A stretch of DNA of 64,000 nucleotides from Acidobacteriota bacterium. GTDB taxonomy: Bacteria; Acidobacteriota; UBA6911; RPQK01; JAJDTT01. The stretch is from contig OZ242374.1 in the NCBI GenBank assembly GCA_965209055.1, forward strand, positions 352,001 to 416,000, read 5' to 3'. The first letter of the stretch is position 1. Every line of letters starts with the position of its first letter. This document shows positions 9,527 to 19,671 of this stretch, piece by piece. Under the pieces are notes generated by a model. It worked only from the letters and a program-made list of their open reading frames with translations, did not search any database and was not told the origin of the DNA. The position numbers and the translations under genes were made by a program.

Positions 9527-10720
9527 TCAAGTCGCCCTTCTCGGATAGCGGCGCCCGTTCAGCTGTTTCCCGATGAACGTCGGTCGTACGAAGTAGTGGT
9601 AGGTCACCAGGATCAGGCCGGTCGCCATGATCGCGACGAGCGCGAGCTTGACGATCCCCGGAAGCGGCACGTTCGCCAGAACAAGGGGCAGCAGCATGAC
9701 GAGCGGCACGTGCACGATGTAGATCCAGTACGAGGCGTCCGCCAGGTACCGCCAGCGCGGGCTCGGCCTGTCCATGTAGCGGAGGAACAGGCCGATCAGG
9801 CTATACGCCATGAACCACATGGAAAGCGCGAGGAAGACGACCGCCGGCAGGTGCCCATCGCCGGCTTCCGGGCACGTCCTGTCCGGCCTGGGGGGGCAAC
9901 CGATCTCGAAGAAGTGCCGGTATACGAAGAAGCACAGGATGCCGCCGGCGAGGAGAGCCCATGCGGGGCGCTTGAAGCCCTCCAGCGTCTGCCGTCTGCG
10001 AAACAGCAGCCAGCCGAATACGAAGAACAGGGCGTAGAGTGCCAGCTGGCGCGGGGCGGGAAACGGGCCGGCGTAGTAGTCGATGGCCCACGACTCCATC
10101 CGGTACAGCAGGAGGCCCGCGGCCAGAATCAGCACCGCGATGCCTCCACGGTGCACCCAGCGCTCGAAGAGGTCCATGGCACGGGCGCGCACGCCCGCGG
10201 GAATCCGGCCGGCGAGCGCGCTCAGTGCGCTCGCGGCCACGCACAGGATCATCAGGTGGTAGAGGAACCACAGATGCATGAACAGGTGGTCAAGGGCCCT
10301 GGACGAGGTCAGTTCCGGAAGACTGTAGGTAGCGTTCGGCGGGGTGGCGCTGAAGCGGGCCGCGAACGGCACGATGAAGAACATCGTGACCGTAAGGAGG
10401 GGCCATGCCACCAGGAACGGAATCCCGATCCGGCTCCATCGGTGCCGGAGGAATTCTCGAGTTCCGCGTGTCTTGAGCAGGTACGCCGCAAAGAATCCCG
10501 CAATCGCGAAGAAGACCGGCAGGTTGAATACGCGGATGAAGATCACCACCCAGTAGGCGAGCATGTCGGCCTGGGGATCCCGGTATGGCCACTCGAAGAA
10601 GACCGTGGGCACGTAGCTGACCGCCGCGTGGCGAACCAAGCCGAGCATCATCATGGACGCGCGCAGTTGGTCGAGGGAGTGATACCGGGGAAGTTTCGCC
10701 TGTGGCTGTGTGCCGGTCAC
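9527..10720 (-). CDS. Acyltransferase family 3 membrane protein (OpgC/MdoC-like)
   Basis: RYHSLDQLRA..H, F.LPVFFAIAGFF, R..RIGIPF, HLWFLYHL, LADASYWIYIVH. Multi-TM. Confidence 0.9.
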   Translation of the reverse strand: MTGTQPQAKLPRYHSLDQLRASMMMLGLVRHAAVSYVPTVFFEWPYRDPQADMLAYWVVIFIRVFNLPVFFAIAGFFAAYLLKTRGTREFLRHRWSRIGIPFLVAWPLLTVTMFFIVPFAARFSATPPNATYSLPELTSSRALDHLFMHLWFLYHLMILCVAASALSALAGRIPAGVRARAMDLFERWVHRGGIAVLILAAGLLLYRMESWAIDYYAGPFPAPRQLALYALFFVFGWLLFRRRQTLEGFKRPAWALLAGGILCFFVYRHFFEIGCPPRPDRTCPEAGDGHLPAVVFLALSMWFMAYSLIGLFLRYMDRPSPRWRYLADASYWIYIVHVPLVMLLPLVLANVPLPGIVKLALVAIMATGLILVTYHYFVRPTFIGKQLNGRRYPRRAT

Positions 10721-10727
10721 CAGGACT

Positions 10728-12725
10728 TTATGCGGTCGTCGGGACGTCGTGTGTCCGTCGGTGCAGGATGCGGATGCTGAAACGGACGGGCTGCATGGTC
10801 GGGAACGACCTCACGCGCAGCACATGGTCGGGCGCGAGCGGCTCCAGCACGAGCTCCCTCAGGATCGTAGCCATGGTGAGCGCGAGCTGAACCGGGACGA
10901 GACCGGCGCCGAGACATCGGTGGGTGCCGGCCCCGAAAGGGGCATAGGCGCCGCGCTGCCGGTGTTCGCCGCGAGTCTGCGTGAAGCGGTCGATGTCGAA
11001 GCGCTCCGGATCGGGGAAGTACTCTTCGAGCGTGTGCCCGACCGCCGTACCGATCATGACCTGCGTGCCCGCGCGAACCCTGTGACCTGCGAACTCAAAC
11101 GAGTTGGCGGTCGTCCGAAGTACGGCGGGCGAGACCGGATGGAGCCGCAGGGTCTCCATCGCTACGCGGCGCGTGACTTCGAGCCTCTTCAAGCCCACAG
11201 CGCTCACGCTGCCCTGATCGAACAGGGCGTCCGCCTCGGCGGTGATGCGCTCCATGAGCTGCGGCCGCTTGAGCACGTTGTAGATCATGAACGAGCATGT
11301 GCTCGCTGTGGTGTCCAGTCCGACCATGTAGGGTGCGAGCACCGTCAGGGGCAGGTTGGTCTCGGGAAGAAGCTGCGGATCGGCGTCGCGCAGCTCCAGC
11401 ATCAGGTCGATGAAGTCCGGCCTCGTTCTACGCGGACCCACCCTGCGCTTGTGTGCGAGGACTGCCCGGGCCAGCTCGCGGCCTCGCTCGCGTGCGTCGC
11501 GGAATCGCGGGAGCTTCATGACGTGCGGAGTCGTCGAAGCGCCCAGCAGCAGCCCGCCGAGGAGCGTGGACAGCTCGTGCGTGTAGCCCTGCGGCGAATA
11601 GTCGGCCATCATGTGACCCATCTGCTCCGCGATCACGTTCTGGAACGCCGGCAACGCCTCGAACGGCTTCCCCAACGGCCACTTGCCGATCTCGTCGCGC
11701 GTGATGTCGACGACCTCTTGTGACCGGTCCCTGATGACCCGGACTGCGTATCCCTTGGCCTGGGCCCTCCGCGTGGTGACGTGATCGATCCCGTCCATGG
11801 TCAGGATCGAGCGTGACGAGTCCATCAGGTTGTGGAGACTCGCCATGGGCTCGAGCGATCGGAACACGGTCTTTCCGTGCGAGGTGAGGAAATTGGTCGC
11901 TTCCGGCCCTGCCAAGCACACGAACCGGCGCGAGGGAGCGCGTATCCTGAAGATCGGGCCCAATTCGCGGTACTGGCGGGAAAGGAAGGCGACCAGTCCC
12001 TTCCGCATGGCCAGGCCGTTGCCCAGCAGGGGAAGCCCCGGCACCACCGGAATCTCTTTCGGTCGCCGAGGCTCCGGACGTGGTTCATCGGGCGCCTCGA
12101 GTCCTTCGATCGCCAGGCTCATCGTCCGGCCGATCAGATCGATATTCTTCAGCAGATCGATGCGATCCTGGACCTGCACCCGCTCCTCCGATGACAGAAT
12201 CGTGCGGAATACGCCGCAGGCGTTTGCGAGGGCAATGAGCGCGATGTCCGGCGGGTCGGGAATATCATTGTTGAACAAGATCCGCATGATCCGCAGCTTG
12301 GCTTCCTCGACCGGCCGCACGTCAACGGCGGGGTAGCGCCGCGACCGCGACACCGACGGGGCGAGGAACACGAGCCCGTCCGCCTCGGATCTCAGGATGC
12401 CGCGCTCAATCAGGCGAGCCAGCGCGGCGCGTCGGATCTGGTCAGCCTGCCCGGCGATCCGTCCGAGCCAATAGCCCGTGTCGCGTGGCTGGACGTCACT
12501 TGCGATCTCGGCGAGCGTGGGATCGAGGATGTCGTCGCCGAACGGCGTGGGATCCACGAGCACCAGGCGCTTGAGATCGGTGTCGATGCGGTCCTGGAGC
12601 GCGAGATCCATCAGCACGGCTCCGGCGAGCGCCAGGTCGAGTGAGCGGGGGGGCAGGCTGGCGGCCAAATCTCCCCGCTCCTCGTCCAGGACGAGAACCA
12701 GGATTTCCTCCGCGAACCTCAGCAT
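10728..12725 (-). CDS. GPP34 (GOLPH3-like) domain fused to cytochrome P450
   Basis: N-terminus MLRFAEEILVLVLDEERG..LALAGAVLMDLALQDRI..ARLIERGIL..RRYP. C-terminus has GLDTT I-helix, ETLR, DPERFD and PFGAGTHRCLG heme motif. Start placed at Met 12725. Confidence 0.88.
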   Translation of the reverse strand: MLRFAEEILVLVLDEERGDLAASLPPRSLDLALAGAVLMDLALQDRIDTDLKRLVLVDPTPFGDDILDPTLAEIASDVQPRDTGYWLGRIAGQADQIRRAALARLIERGILRSEADGLVFLAPSVSRSRRYPAVDVRPVEEAKLRIMRILFNNDIPDPPDIALIALANACGVFRTILSSEERVQVQDRIDLLKNIDLIGRTMSLAIEGLEAPDEPRPEPRRPKEIPVVPGLPLLGNGLAMRKGLVAFLSRQYRELGPIFRIRAPSRRFVCLAGPEATNFLTSHGKTVFRSLEPMASLHNLMDSSRSILTMDGIDHVTTRRAQAKGYAVRVIRDRSQEVVDITRDEIGKWPLGKPFEALPAFQNVIAEQMGHMMADYSPQGYTHELSTLLGGLLLGASTTPHVMKLPRFRDARERGRELARAVLAHKRRVGPRRTRPDFIDLMLELRDADPQLLPETNLPLTVLAPYMVGLDTTASTCSFMIYNVLKRPQLMERITAEADALFDQGSVSAVGLKRLEVTRRVAMETLRLHPVSPAVLRTTANSFEFAGHRVRAGTQVMIGTAVGHTLEEYFPDPERFDIDRFTQTRGEHRQRGAYAPFGAGTHRCLGAGLVPVQLALTMATILRELVLEPLAPDHVLRVRSFPTMQPVRFSIRILHRRTHDVPTTA

Positions 12726-13151
12726 CGTGTGCCCCCACCCGCAGGGACCCTCGATGAACCGGTCGTATGGCAGGGGCCGAAGTGCCTCAAGAAGATGGTC
12801 ATTGGCACCTCGTACGTCATGCAAGAAAAGATATCACGATACCGAAACCCATAGGCGCGGAGTTGTGAAAATATGGCGATCAGGAAGTGGGGGCTGTCCC
12901 AATCATAGTTGGAGGTTGGGTGGCTCCCGGGCATTTCATGCTACGATGCGAATTGCTCGATCCTCGCCTTGCCATCCTTTTCGCTCAGCTTCCAGGCCGC
13001 CCGCAGAACCGGCCGTGCCTGGTCGTGCAGCGTCTTCGGCAAGTGGCCAGGAACGTTGCGTATCTTGTGGATCCGGCAGCGCTGCACCCGGCGCGCCTCC
13101 CCTTTTTTTGTCAGGATTGTGCCGGCCGCCAACAAAAATGAGGACACTGCC

Positions 13152-14582
13152 ATGAGAGTACGTATCGTGCTGACCAGTTTGATTATCAGCCTTGCCAACG
13201 GCGCCAGCGCCGAGGCCAGCTATGCCATCTACGTGGGGAAGAACCTGACCCGAGACGGCAGTGTCTTCCTCGGCGGATACGGCGACGAGCCGTCCAGTCA
13301 TTGGTTGGAGATCGTGCCTCGCCGGACGCATCCCCCCGGGTCCACTCTGACGGTGGGAGCGACTCCGGAATCCCGTTATCCCGGTGAGCTCATTCAGATC
13401 CCGCAGGCGCCCATCACGTTTCGCTACCTGACCATGAACTATTCCTACTTCGCGGGTTTCCCGGCGCCCCTCACCAACGGCGGCCTGAACGAGCATGGCG
13501 TCGCCGCCCGGGACGTGTCGTCGGGCTCCCGGATCGAGCTGCGGGAGATGACGCCCAATCCACAGCGCGGGCCGAACTACAGCGACCTGTCCCGGATCGT
13601 GATGGAACGGGCCCGCAGCGCGCGCGAGGCCGTCCGGATCGTGGGCGACCTGATCGGCGAGTACGGCTTCTCCACCTACGGAGGCAACTCCCACTTGTTC
13701 GCCGACGCCGACGAGGGATGGATCCTGATCAACTTCGCGGGCGGTCAGGGACTCTGGATCGCCGAGCGATTGGGACCGGACGACATCCGGGTTTCTCGTG
13801 GGGGCTATATCCATGAGGTGCCGCTCAACTACCGGGAGCATCCCGGCTTCATGGGATCCGCGAATCTGATTTCATTCGCCGTGGAACGGGGCTGGTTCGA
13901 CCCGGGCTCGGGAGAACCCTTTCACGTGGGAAAGGTGTACGGACATTCGGCCGAAAAGGCCGCAGCGGTCCAGATGATCGAGGATCGCCTGCGGGCCCGG
14001 GCCGGCCGAATCGGACTGCCGGACATGATCGAGGTGGTCCGGACTCCGGAACTGACTCGCGATTCCGCCGGTTACGGTCAGGTGGCCCACCTGCGGAAAG
14101 GACTCCACCAGGAGTTGGAAACCTTGTGGGTGGCGCCGGCCCCTCCGGTAGCGGCGCCGTTCGTCCCCTACCGTATCGGCGTGCGGGACGTGCCGCCCGA
14201 ATTCAAGAGGCACCGCTACCTCACCGCAGGCGAGGCCACCCGCCACATCAGGGACCATCACATGGGGCCGGAATCGACGCGGTACGCGTTCCGCGCCTGC
14301 AAGCGCCTGTTCTATCTGGCCAAATCGCACGAGGAGAAATTCCTGCCGGAGGTCGTGGAAGCCTTGACCGCCTTCGAGTCCCGGCTGATTGACGAGCAGG
14401 TCGCGGTGGAGGGAATCGCGCTGGCGCTCTTGCAGGCCGGTGAACGGGATCTGGCCCAGGATGCCCTCACCTACTACAGCCGGACCGAAGCCCTGAATGG
14501 CCTCAGATTGGTGGAAGCCTTGTCCGAGGGTCTGGAGGCGCGCACCAAGGTGCTGTTCGGAATCCGCACGCCCGATCCCTGA
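13152..14582 (+). CDS. Secreted peptidase C69 (dipeptidase/secernin-like Ntn hydrolase)
   Basis: Signal peptide then SYAIYVGKNLTRDGS, GLNEHGVA, ERARSAREAV..G.LI.EYG, AD.DEGW. GAGGA RBS. Confidence 0.8.
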   Translation: MRVRIVLTSLIISLANGASAEASYAIYVGKNLTRDGSVFLGGYGDEPSSHWLEIVPRRTHPPGSTLTVGATPESRYPGELIQIPQAPITFRYLTMNYSYFAGFPAPLTNGGLNEHGVAARDVSSGSRIELREMTPNPQRGPNYSDLSRIVMERARSAREAVRIVGDLIGEYGFSTYGGNSHLFADADEGWILINFAGGQGLWIAERLGPDDIRVSRGGYIHEVPLNYREHPGFMGSANLISFAVERGWFDPGSGEPFHVGKVYGHSAEKAAAVQMIEDRLRARAGRIGLPDMIEVVRTPELTRDSAGYGQVAHLRKGLHQELETLWVAPAPPVAAPFVPYRIGVRDVPPEFKRHRYLTAGEATRHIRDHHMGPESTRYAFRACKRLFYLAKSHEEKFLPEVVEALTAFESRLIDEQVAVEGIALALLQAGERDLAQDALTYYSRTEALNGLRLVEALSEGLEARTKVLFGIRTPDP

Positions 14583-14592
14583 GGGTCCCGAC

Positions 14593-16209
14593 ATGTTCGT
14601 CGACGATCTGCGGACATCGTCTCTTTCGGCAATGCGCCCCGCCAACCCTTTCGCCGCAGCCGTCCCTTCGTTCCGATGCCGTAGACCGGAAGCCGCCTCT
14701 CGGCAGGCCGGGCCGCCGGCGGGGGGAATCCTCGACCTGTGGCGCCGCCGCGCACGCTTCGTATCGTTTGTGATCACTCTCTTCGCCCCGGCCCATGCCG
14801 GCGAGCCGGGTAGCGGCTCCGTTCTTCAATTCGGAGATCGAAAGCAGCTCCTGGTGGACGATCACGTCATTGCCGGGAAGCATCTCCTGGCGCGACGGCT
14901 CGGGCGTCCCGTCAAAGCGAATGGCGGCCGGCCGGTCATCGTCGACGACACGCCCTGGGAAGACTTCGGTGTGCCGATCGTCGGTTCCGTGCTGCGGGAG
15001 GACGGCCGGTTCCGCATCTGGTACCGGGCCGCCGGCTCCGGCCAGGATTCGGCGACCTACTGCTATGCCGAATCCCGGGACGGCGTCCGCTGGGTCAAGC
15101 CCCGGCTCGGACTCGTGGAATTCGACGGCAGCCGGGCCAACAGCATCTATCAGATCGGCCGTCCCCAGGCGTACTGTCCCTTTCGGGATCCTAACGAGAA
15201 GGACCCGCGCCACAAGTACAAGTCGGCCGTCGGAGCCGGAAGGGGATACGGCGCCACCACCGCCCTGGCCTATTCCCCCGACGGTCTTCGCTGGAGCTAC
15301 TACGACCAGGGCCGGCCCATCACCGGGCGGGCCGCCGACACCATCAACCAGGTGCTCTGGGATCCGTATGCGAGGGTCTACCGCCTCTACACCCGTACCG
15401 ACTATGGAACGGGAGGAGGGCAGGGAGAAATCCGGGGAACCCGGGACCTGGTGAACTCACAGGTGGATCTCCGCAATCGACCTGGAGACTGGACAACCGT
15501 GCGCGAGTGGTGTCTGGGGCGGGAGAACGGCAGAAGGGACTACGAGTGGACCCGCCAGATCTACAGCTTGAACGGATGGATCTACGAGGGTATCCAGTTC
15601 GGGTTGATCTGGTCGCTGGAAAGGCCGGGCGGCAGCGAGGAGATGGACTTCTATCTGGCCACCACTCGCCGGGATGACCCCTGGAACCTGGAGTGGGTGT
15701 ACCGCGACCAGCCGTTCCTGCCCCGGGGTCCCGAGGGAAGCTTCGACGCCAAGTGGATCCAGCCGGCCCCCAACGTCGTCACCTGGGAGGACCGGCACTG
15801 GTTCTACTATGTCGGCCGTCCCCTTTCCCACAGCGGCCAGGGCAATGTCCGGGCGCCCACCGGCATCGGCCTGGCCACGGTCCCGCTGGACCGGTTCGTT
15901 TCGTTGACGGCATCCCGCCGAATGGGCTGGGCCGTCACCCGGCCGTTTCGGGTCGAGGGCAGCGATTTGGGGGTCAATCTGGCAGCTCCGAACGGTGAAC
16001 TCGCAGTCGAGGTGCTGGATGCCGAAGGTGAGCCCATCCCCGGTTTTTCCCGCGGGGAGTTCCTCGTCCTGCGGCAGGTCGACGAGCTGCGGGCGAAGGT
16101 GCGCTGGAAGAGTCGGCAGGACCTCAGCCAACTGCTGGGCAGAGTCGTGAAATTGCGTTTCTGGCTCCGTCAAGGAAGTCTCTACGCGTTTCGCATTCGC
16201 GGGGATTGA
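14593..16209 (+). CDS. Beta-propeller glycoside-hydrolase-like protein, paralogous to 4569-6074 (start uncertain)
   Basis: QLLVDDH, FRIWY, YAESRDGVRWVKPRLGLVEFDG, YSPDGLRW, shared C-terminal VEVLD..P.PG.S..V.W..LYA domain. Confidence 0.7.
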   Translation: MFVDDLRTSSLSAMRPANPFAAAVPSFRCRRPEAASRQAGPPAGGILDLWRRRARFVSFVITLFAPAHAGEPGSGSVLQFGDRKQLLVDDHVIAGKHLLARRLGRPVKANGGRPVIVDDTPWEDFGVPIVGSVLREDGRFRIWYRAAGSGQDSATYCYAESRDGVRWVKPRLGLVEFDGSRANSIYQIGRPQAYCPFRDPNEKDPRHKYKSAVGAGRGYGATTALAYSPDGLRWSYYDQGRPITGRAADTINQVLWDPYARVYRLYTRTDYGTGGGQGEIRGTRDLVNSQVDLRNRPGDWTTVREWCLGRENGRRDYEWTRQIYSLNGWIYEGIQFGLIWSLERPGGSEEMDFYLATTRRDDPWNLEWVYRDQPFLPRGPEGSFDAKWIQPAPNVVTWEDRHWFYYVGRPLSHSGQGNVRAPTGIGLATVPLDRFVSLTASRRMGWAVTRPFRVEGSDLGVNLAAPNGELAVEVLDAEGEPIPGFSRGEFLVLRQVDELRAKVRWKSRQDLSQLLGRVVKLRFWLRQGSLYAFRIRGD

Positions 16210-16243
16210 ATGCTCCGAAGCCGGGGGAAGACGCCATGATGAA

Positions 16244-16282
16244 GGGGACAGTCCCGTTTTCACTCGGTCCCGTTTTCACTCG
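16244..16282. repeat. GGGGACAGTCCC palindrome overlapping a 16-bp tandem duplication
   Basis: GTCCCGTTTTCACTCG x2 at 16251-16266 and 16267-16282. Related GGGGCTGTCCC at 12890-12900. Confidence 0.65.
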
Positions 16283-16655
16283 CCGCTTCCCACAGGTCGG
16301 CCAATTGTCGATCGCATCAGCGTCCAATCGATATTTAAAGATCGTCTGATCGATTAACGTACCGCGGTGGAGCGAGCCGCAATGAGCGCGCCGACGGAGT
16401 TGAGTCCGGCCGCGGCGCCGGGTTTCGTCACGGCCTGGGGACCCCCGCCGCGATGATGTCGACGTTGATTTGGCGGTCCCACGAAAGGATCTCCTCATCG
16501 ACAAATTTGATTCTCTTTCCGGAAAAGTCTCGCCGAAGAGGGTGGCGCCTCAGGGAGCGTGGCCACTACAATCGCCGTGCCGCCGGCGGTCCGCACGATT
16601 CTGAATCGCTTACGCCAGCGGGTTTGGATCGAACCTGGGATCTGGAGGGATTGGA

Positions 16656-17888
16656 ATGCAGAGACGCAGTTTTCTTGGCTACGCGCTGCCTTCGGTGGCG
16701 GCGGCGGGAAGCTTGGGACGGGAAGCCTTGGGGGGCGGCGAACCGCTGGGGTCCAGCAGCGGTGTCCTTCCACCGAGACCCGGACCCAGCTCCATCCGGG
16801 AAGGATCGCTGGTGATGGGAGCCATCTCCGGCCACGGCCATGCGGGAGGGCACGTGCGGGTCCTGGACCAACTTCCCGAGGTGGGCAAGATCCACGTCTG
16901 CGCCGCCACCGATCTGGCCGACGTCGAAAAACTCGCCTCCGAATCCTCCAAGGTGGCCACGAAATCCGCCGATCTGGGCAAATTCCTGGCGAGAGACGAC
17001 CTGGACGCGGTGACGGTCTGCGCCCGTCCCGACCAGGCGCCCGGCATTCTGGAGCAGGTCGTCTCAGCCGGTCTGCCGGTCCTTTACGACAAACCGGCGA
17101 CCACCCATTCCTCCCACCTCCGCCGGGTTGCGGAAGTGGCGGAAGAGAAGGGTGTGACGGCCGGCGCCATGCTGCAGTGGCGCTACAATCCCATGGTCAT
17201 GGACTTCAAGCGCGCCCTGGACGACGGAGCCCTGGGCCGCGTCATGACCATCGAGGCCAAGCTCCTGAACGGTCTGGTGGAATACCGGGACACCTCCAGC
17301 TACATCTTCGATCCCAAGACCGCGGGCAGCGGAATCATGTCCTGGTTGGGGTGCCACTGCCTGGACTTGGTGCTGTACCTGATGCAGGAGCGGGTGGTCG
17401 AAGTCATGGCGCTGGTGGGCAACCTGAATCCGGAGCAGATTCCCGTCGAAGACACGGGTTTGCTATTGCTGAGCTTCGAGAGCGGCAAGATGGGAACGTT
17501 CCAGGCCGGATATCACTTGAAGGGGAGCCGGGCCGTCTACGACTTCTACGTCGGCATGCGGGGAACGGAAGGGTATTCCATTTTGCCGCTGGTGGAGCCG
17601 GTGGAGCACGGGACGACGAATGCCGCCGTTGCGGGCGGAACCTACACCCTCTACAGCGAGGCCCGGCATTGGGTCAGCGGCCGCCGTCACCGCAAGACCT
17701 ACATGATTCCCCAGACGCCGGGCTACGGCGGCATCATGGCCGAAGAACTCTTTCGCGATTTCCTGGAGGCGTCCCGAACCGGGGCCCCGGCGCCGTCGCC
17801 GATTCAGGACAACGTCCACATGCTGGAGATCATCGAAGCGGCGAAGGAGTCGTCGGCCACCCGCCGGGCCGTGCGAATTCCGGCGTGA
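16656..17888 (+). CDS. Tat-exported Gfo/Idh/MocA oxidoreductase
   Basis: MQRRSFL twin-arginine signal, DLDAVTVC, VLYDKP, G.GIMSWLGCHCLD, PVEDTG. Confidence 0.85.
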   Translation: MQRRSFLGYALPSVAAAGSLGREALGGGEPLGSSSGVLPPRPGPSSIREGSLVMGAISGHGHAGGHVRVLDQLPEVGKIHVCAATDLADVEKLASESSKVATKSADLGKFLARDDLDAVTVCARPDQAPGILEQVVSAGLPVLYDKPATTHSSHLRRVAEVAEEKGVTAGAMLQWRYNPMVMDFKRALDDGALGRVMTIEAKLLNGLVEYRDTSSYIFDPKTAGSGIMSWLGCHCLDLVLYLMQERVVEVMALVGNLNPEQIPVEDTGLLLLSFESGKMGTFQAGYHLKGSRAVYDFYVGMRGTEGYSILPLVEPVEHGTTNAAVAGGTYTLYSEARHWVSGRRHRKTYMIPQTPGYGGIMAEELFRDFLEASRTGAPAPSPIQDNVHMLEIIEAAKESSATRRAVRIPA

Positions 17889-17950
17889 CGAACAGTTGAC
17901 AGGGTTCAAGAGCCGGAGGCCGCTTTGACCGGCCTCACGGGAGGATCCTC

Positions 17951-19624
17951 GTGGCGAAGAAGCTGAGCCGGAGGGAGTTTCAACGGAACGTGGGTGCGCT
18001 GACGCTGGCGGGGACCGGTGTGGCGTCGGCGGGACCGTCCGAGGCCGGGACCCAGCGCCTGTCGCTGCCTCCGCTGTTCTACAACAACGACGGCAGCTTC
18101 CTCTTCTTCCCGGACCCGCCCAGGACGCCTGAGGACTTCGTCTACGAAGCGGTGGGCCGGTTTGCCGGAACCCAGATCGGCGCCGTGGTCTGCCACATGT
18201 TCGGGTTCGGCGACGCGGTTCCCCTGTTTCCCACCCGGGTTCGGGAGGCGGAGGGGATCGACCGGGACAGCTTTCTCCACGTCAGCGAGTGGAAACAGCA
18301 GACTTGTATCCGCGGACTGCTGGACCAGGGCATCGATCCCTGGCAGCTCTCTCTGGAACGGGCCCACGAAGCCGGCATGCAGTACTGGATCGGCATGCGT
18401 TTCAATGACCTGCATGGACCCCGCTTCCAATGGCCCAGCCGGTTCCGGGTCGCCCATCGGGAGTACGAGCTGGGGGAAAACTGCGGCACCGGGGTCCACG
18501 GTCCCGAAAGCGTCTACGGCGAGAAATGCGTCGGCCTCAATTTCGCCATTCCCGAGGTCCGGGCGCACCGGCTCGAGCTGATCGAGGACGTGTGCACCCG
18601 TTACGACGCGGAAGGTTTCGAGTGGGACCTCCTGCGCGAGCCGGGCCATTTTTTCCCCGACATTGACCGGGGAAGGACGACCCTGACCGGGTATCTGCGG
18701 GAGGCCCGGGCCCTGTTCCAACGCATCGGAAGCGACCGGGGCCGGCCCCTGGGATTCGGAGTCCGGGTCCCGGCGACGCTGGAGAAGTGCCATGAGATCG
18801 GACTGGAGCTGAAGACCTGGATCCACGAGGGGTTGGTCGACTACATCTCTCCAGGCGTCCATTGGGACACGGCCACCGGCATGCCCTACGACGAGTTCGT
18901 GGCTCTGGCGAAGGGGACTTCCTGCAAGGTCTACGCTTGTACCTCCGAACAGGTGGGCCCGGGCTACCATCGGCGGCCGCCTGCCGCGACGCTCCGGGCC
19001 GGCGCCGCCAACGCCTGGCGCCAGGGAGTCGACGGGATCTACATGTTCAACTTCCACCACCACATCGGCCACAACCTGAAGGAAGCCGAAGTGGTGTTCC
19101 AGGAGCTGGGTGATCCCAAGACGCTGGAGCACAAGGACAAGCTCTACACCGAGGTCGGATGTTACGACTGCCTGAAGAAGTACCCTCGCAGCAGCGACGT
19201 CTTCCAGGCCTTCGTTCACCAGTTGCCCGAGGCGCTGGCCGAGGGGAAGACCAAGACGGTGGATGTCCTGGTGGCCGACGATCTGGACATGGCGCGGCGA
19301 AGGGGCATGCTCCAGGAGATCAGGTTGAGCCTGACCGTGGTGGGCCTGACCTGGGAGGATGTCCTGGAGTTGAACTGGAACGGGAGTCCGTTGCCCGAAA
19401 ACCCTCGGCTGGAGATCCCCATGAACCGGGTCGGTCCGGGGCCCATCGAGTACCAGGGCAACTACATCATGTCCTACGACCTGACGCACGGAGACTGGAT
19501 CCGGCAGGGGGTCAACCGGCTGGAGGCCACCCTCCAGAAGCGCAACCCCCAGGTCCGCGTCGAAATGATCCTCCACAGCCTGGAGTTGACCATCGAGTAC
19601 CGGACGCTGCCCACCCGGGTATGA
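17951..19624 (+). CDS. Tat-exported TIM-barrel glycosyl hydrolase-like (GHL10/DUF187-like) protein
   Basis: SRREF signal, YNNDG, MRFNDLH, LNFAIPEVR, YDAEGFEWD, WIHEGLVDYI, GVDGIYMFNF. Confidence 0.75.
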   Translation: MAKKLSRREFQRNVGALTLAGTGVASAGPSEAGTQRLSLPPLFYNNDGSFLFFPDPPRTPEDFVYEAVGRFAGTQIGAVVCHMFGFGDAVPLFPTRVREAEGIDRDSFLHVSEWKQQTCIRGLLDQGIDPWQLSLERAHEAGMQYWIGMRFNDLHGPRFQWPSRFRVAHREYELGENCGTGVHGPESVYGEKCVGLNFAIPEVRAHRLELIEDVCTRYDAEGFEWDLLREPGHFFPDIDRGRTTLTGYLREARALFQRIGSDRGRPLGFGVRVPATLEKCHEIGLELKTWIHEGLVDYISPGVHWDTATGMPYDEFVALAKGTSCKVYACTSEQVGPGYHRRPPAATLRAGAANAWRQGVDGIYMFNFHHHIGHNLKEAEVVFQELGDPKTLEHKDKLYTEVGCYDCLKKYPRSSDVFQAFVHQLPEALAEGKTKTVDVLVADDLDMARRRGMLQEIRLSLTVVGLTWEDVLELNWNGSPLPENPRLEIPMNRVGPGPIEYQGNYIMSYDLTHGDWIRQGVNRLEATLQKRNPQVRVEMILHSLELTIEYRTLPTRV

Positions 19625-19632
19625 GCCGGAAG

Positions 19633-19651
19633 CGGCGGTTGCCAACCGCCG
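19633..19651. repeat. REP-like palindrome CGGCGGTTgccAACCGCCG
   Basis: 8-bp arms, same core as the 39260-39315 repeats. Confidence 0.6.
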
Positions 19652-19671
19652 ACGAAAGGAGACAACAGCGC

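Noticed and set aside
16283-16650. Structured ncRNA or riboswitch in this long intergenic region (also 34135-34390 and 61780-61960)
   Set aside because: No recognisable Rfam-type consensus by eye. An Infernal scan would be needed.
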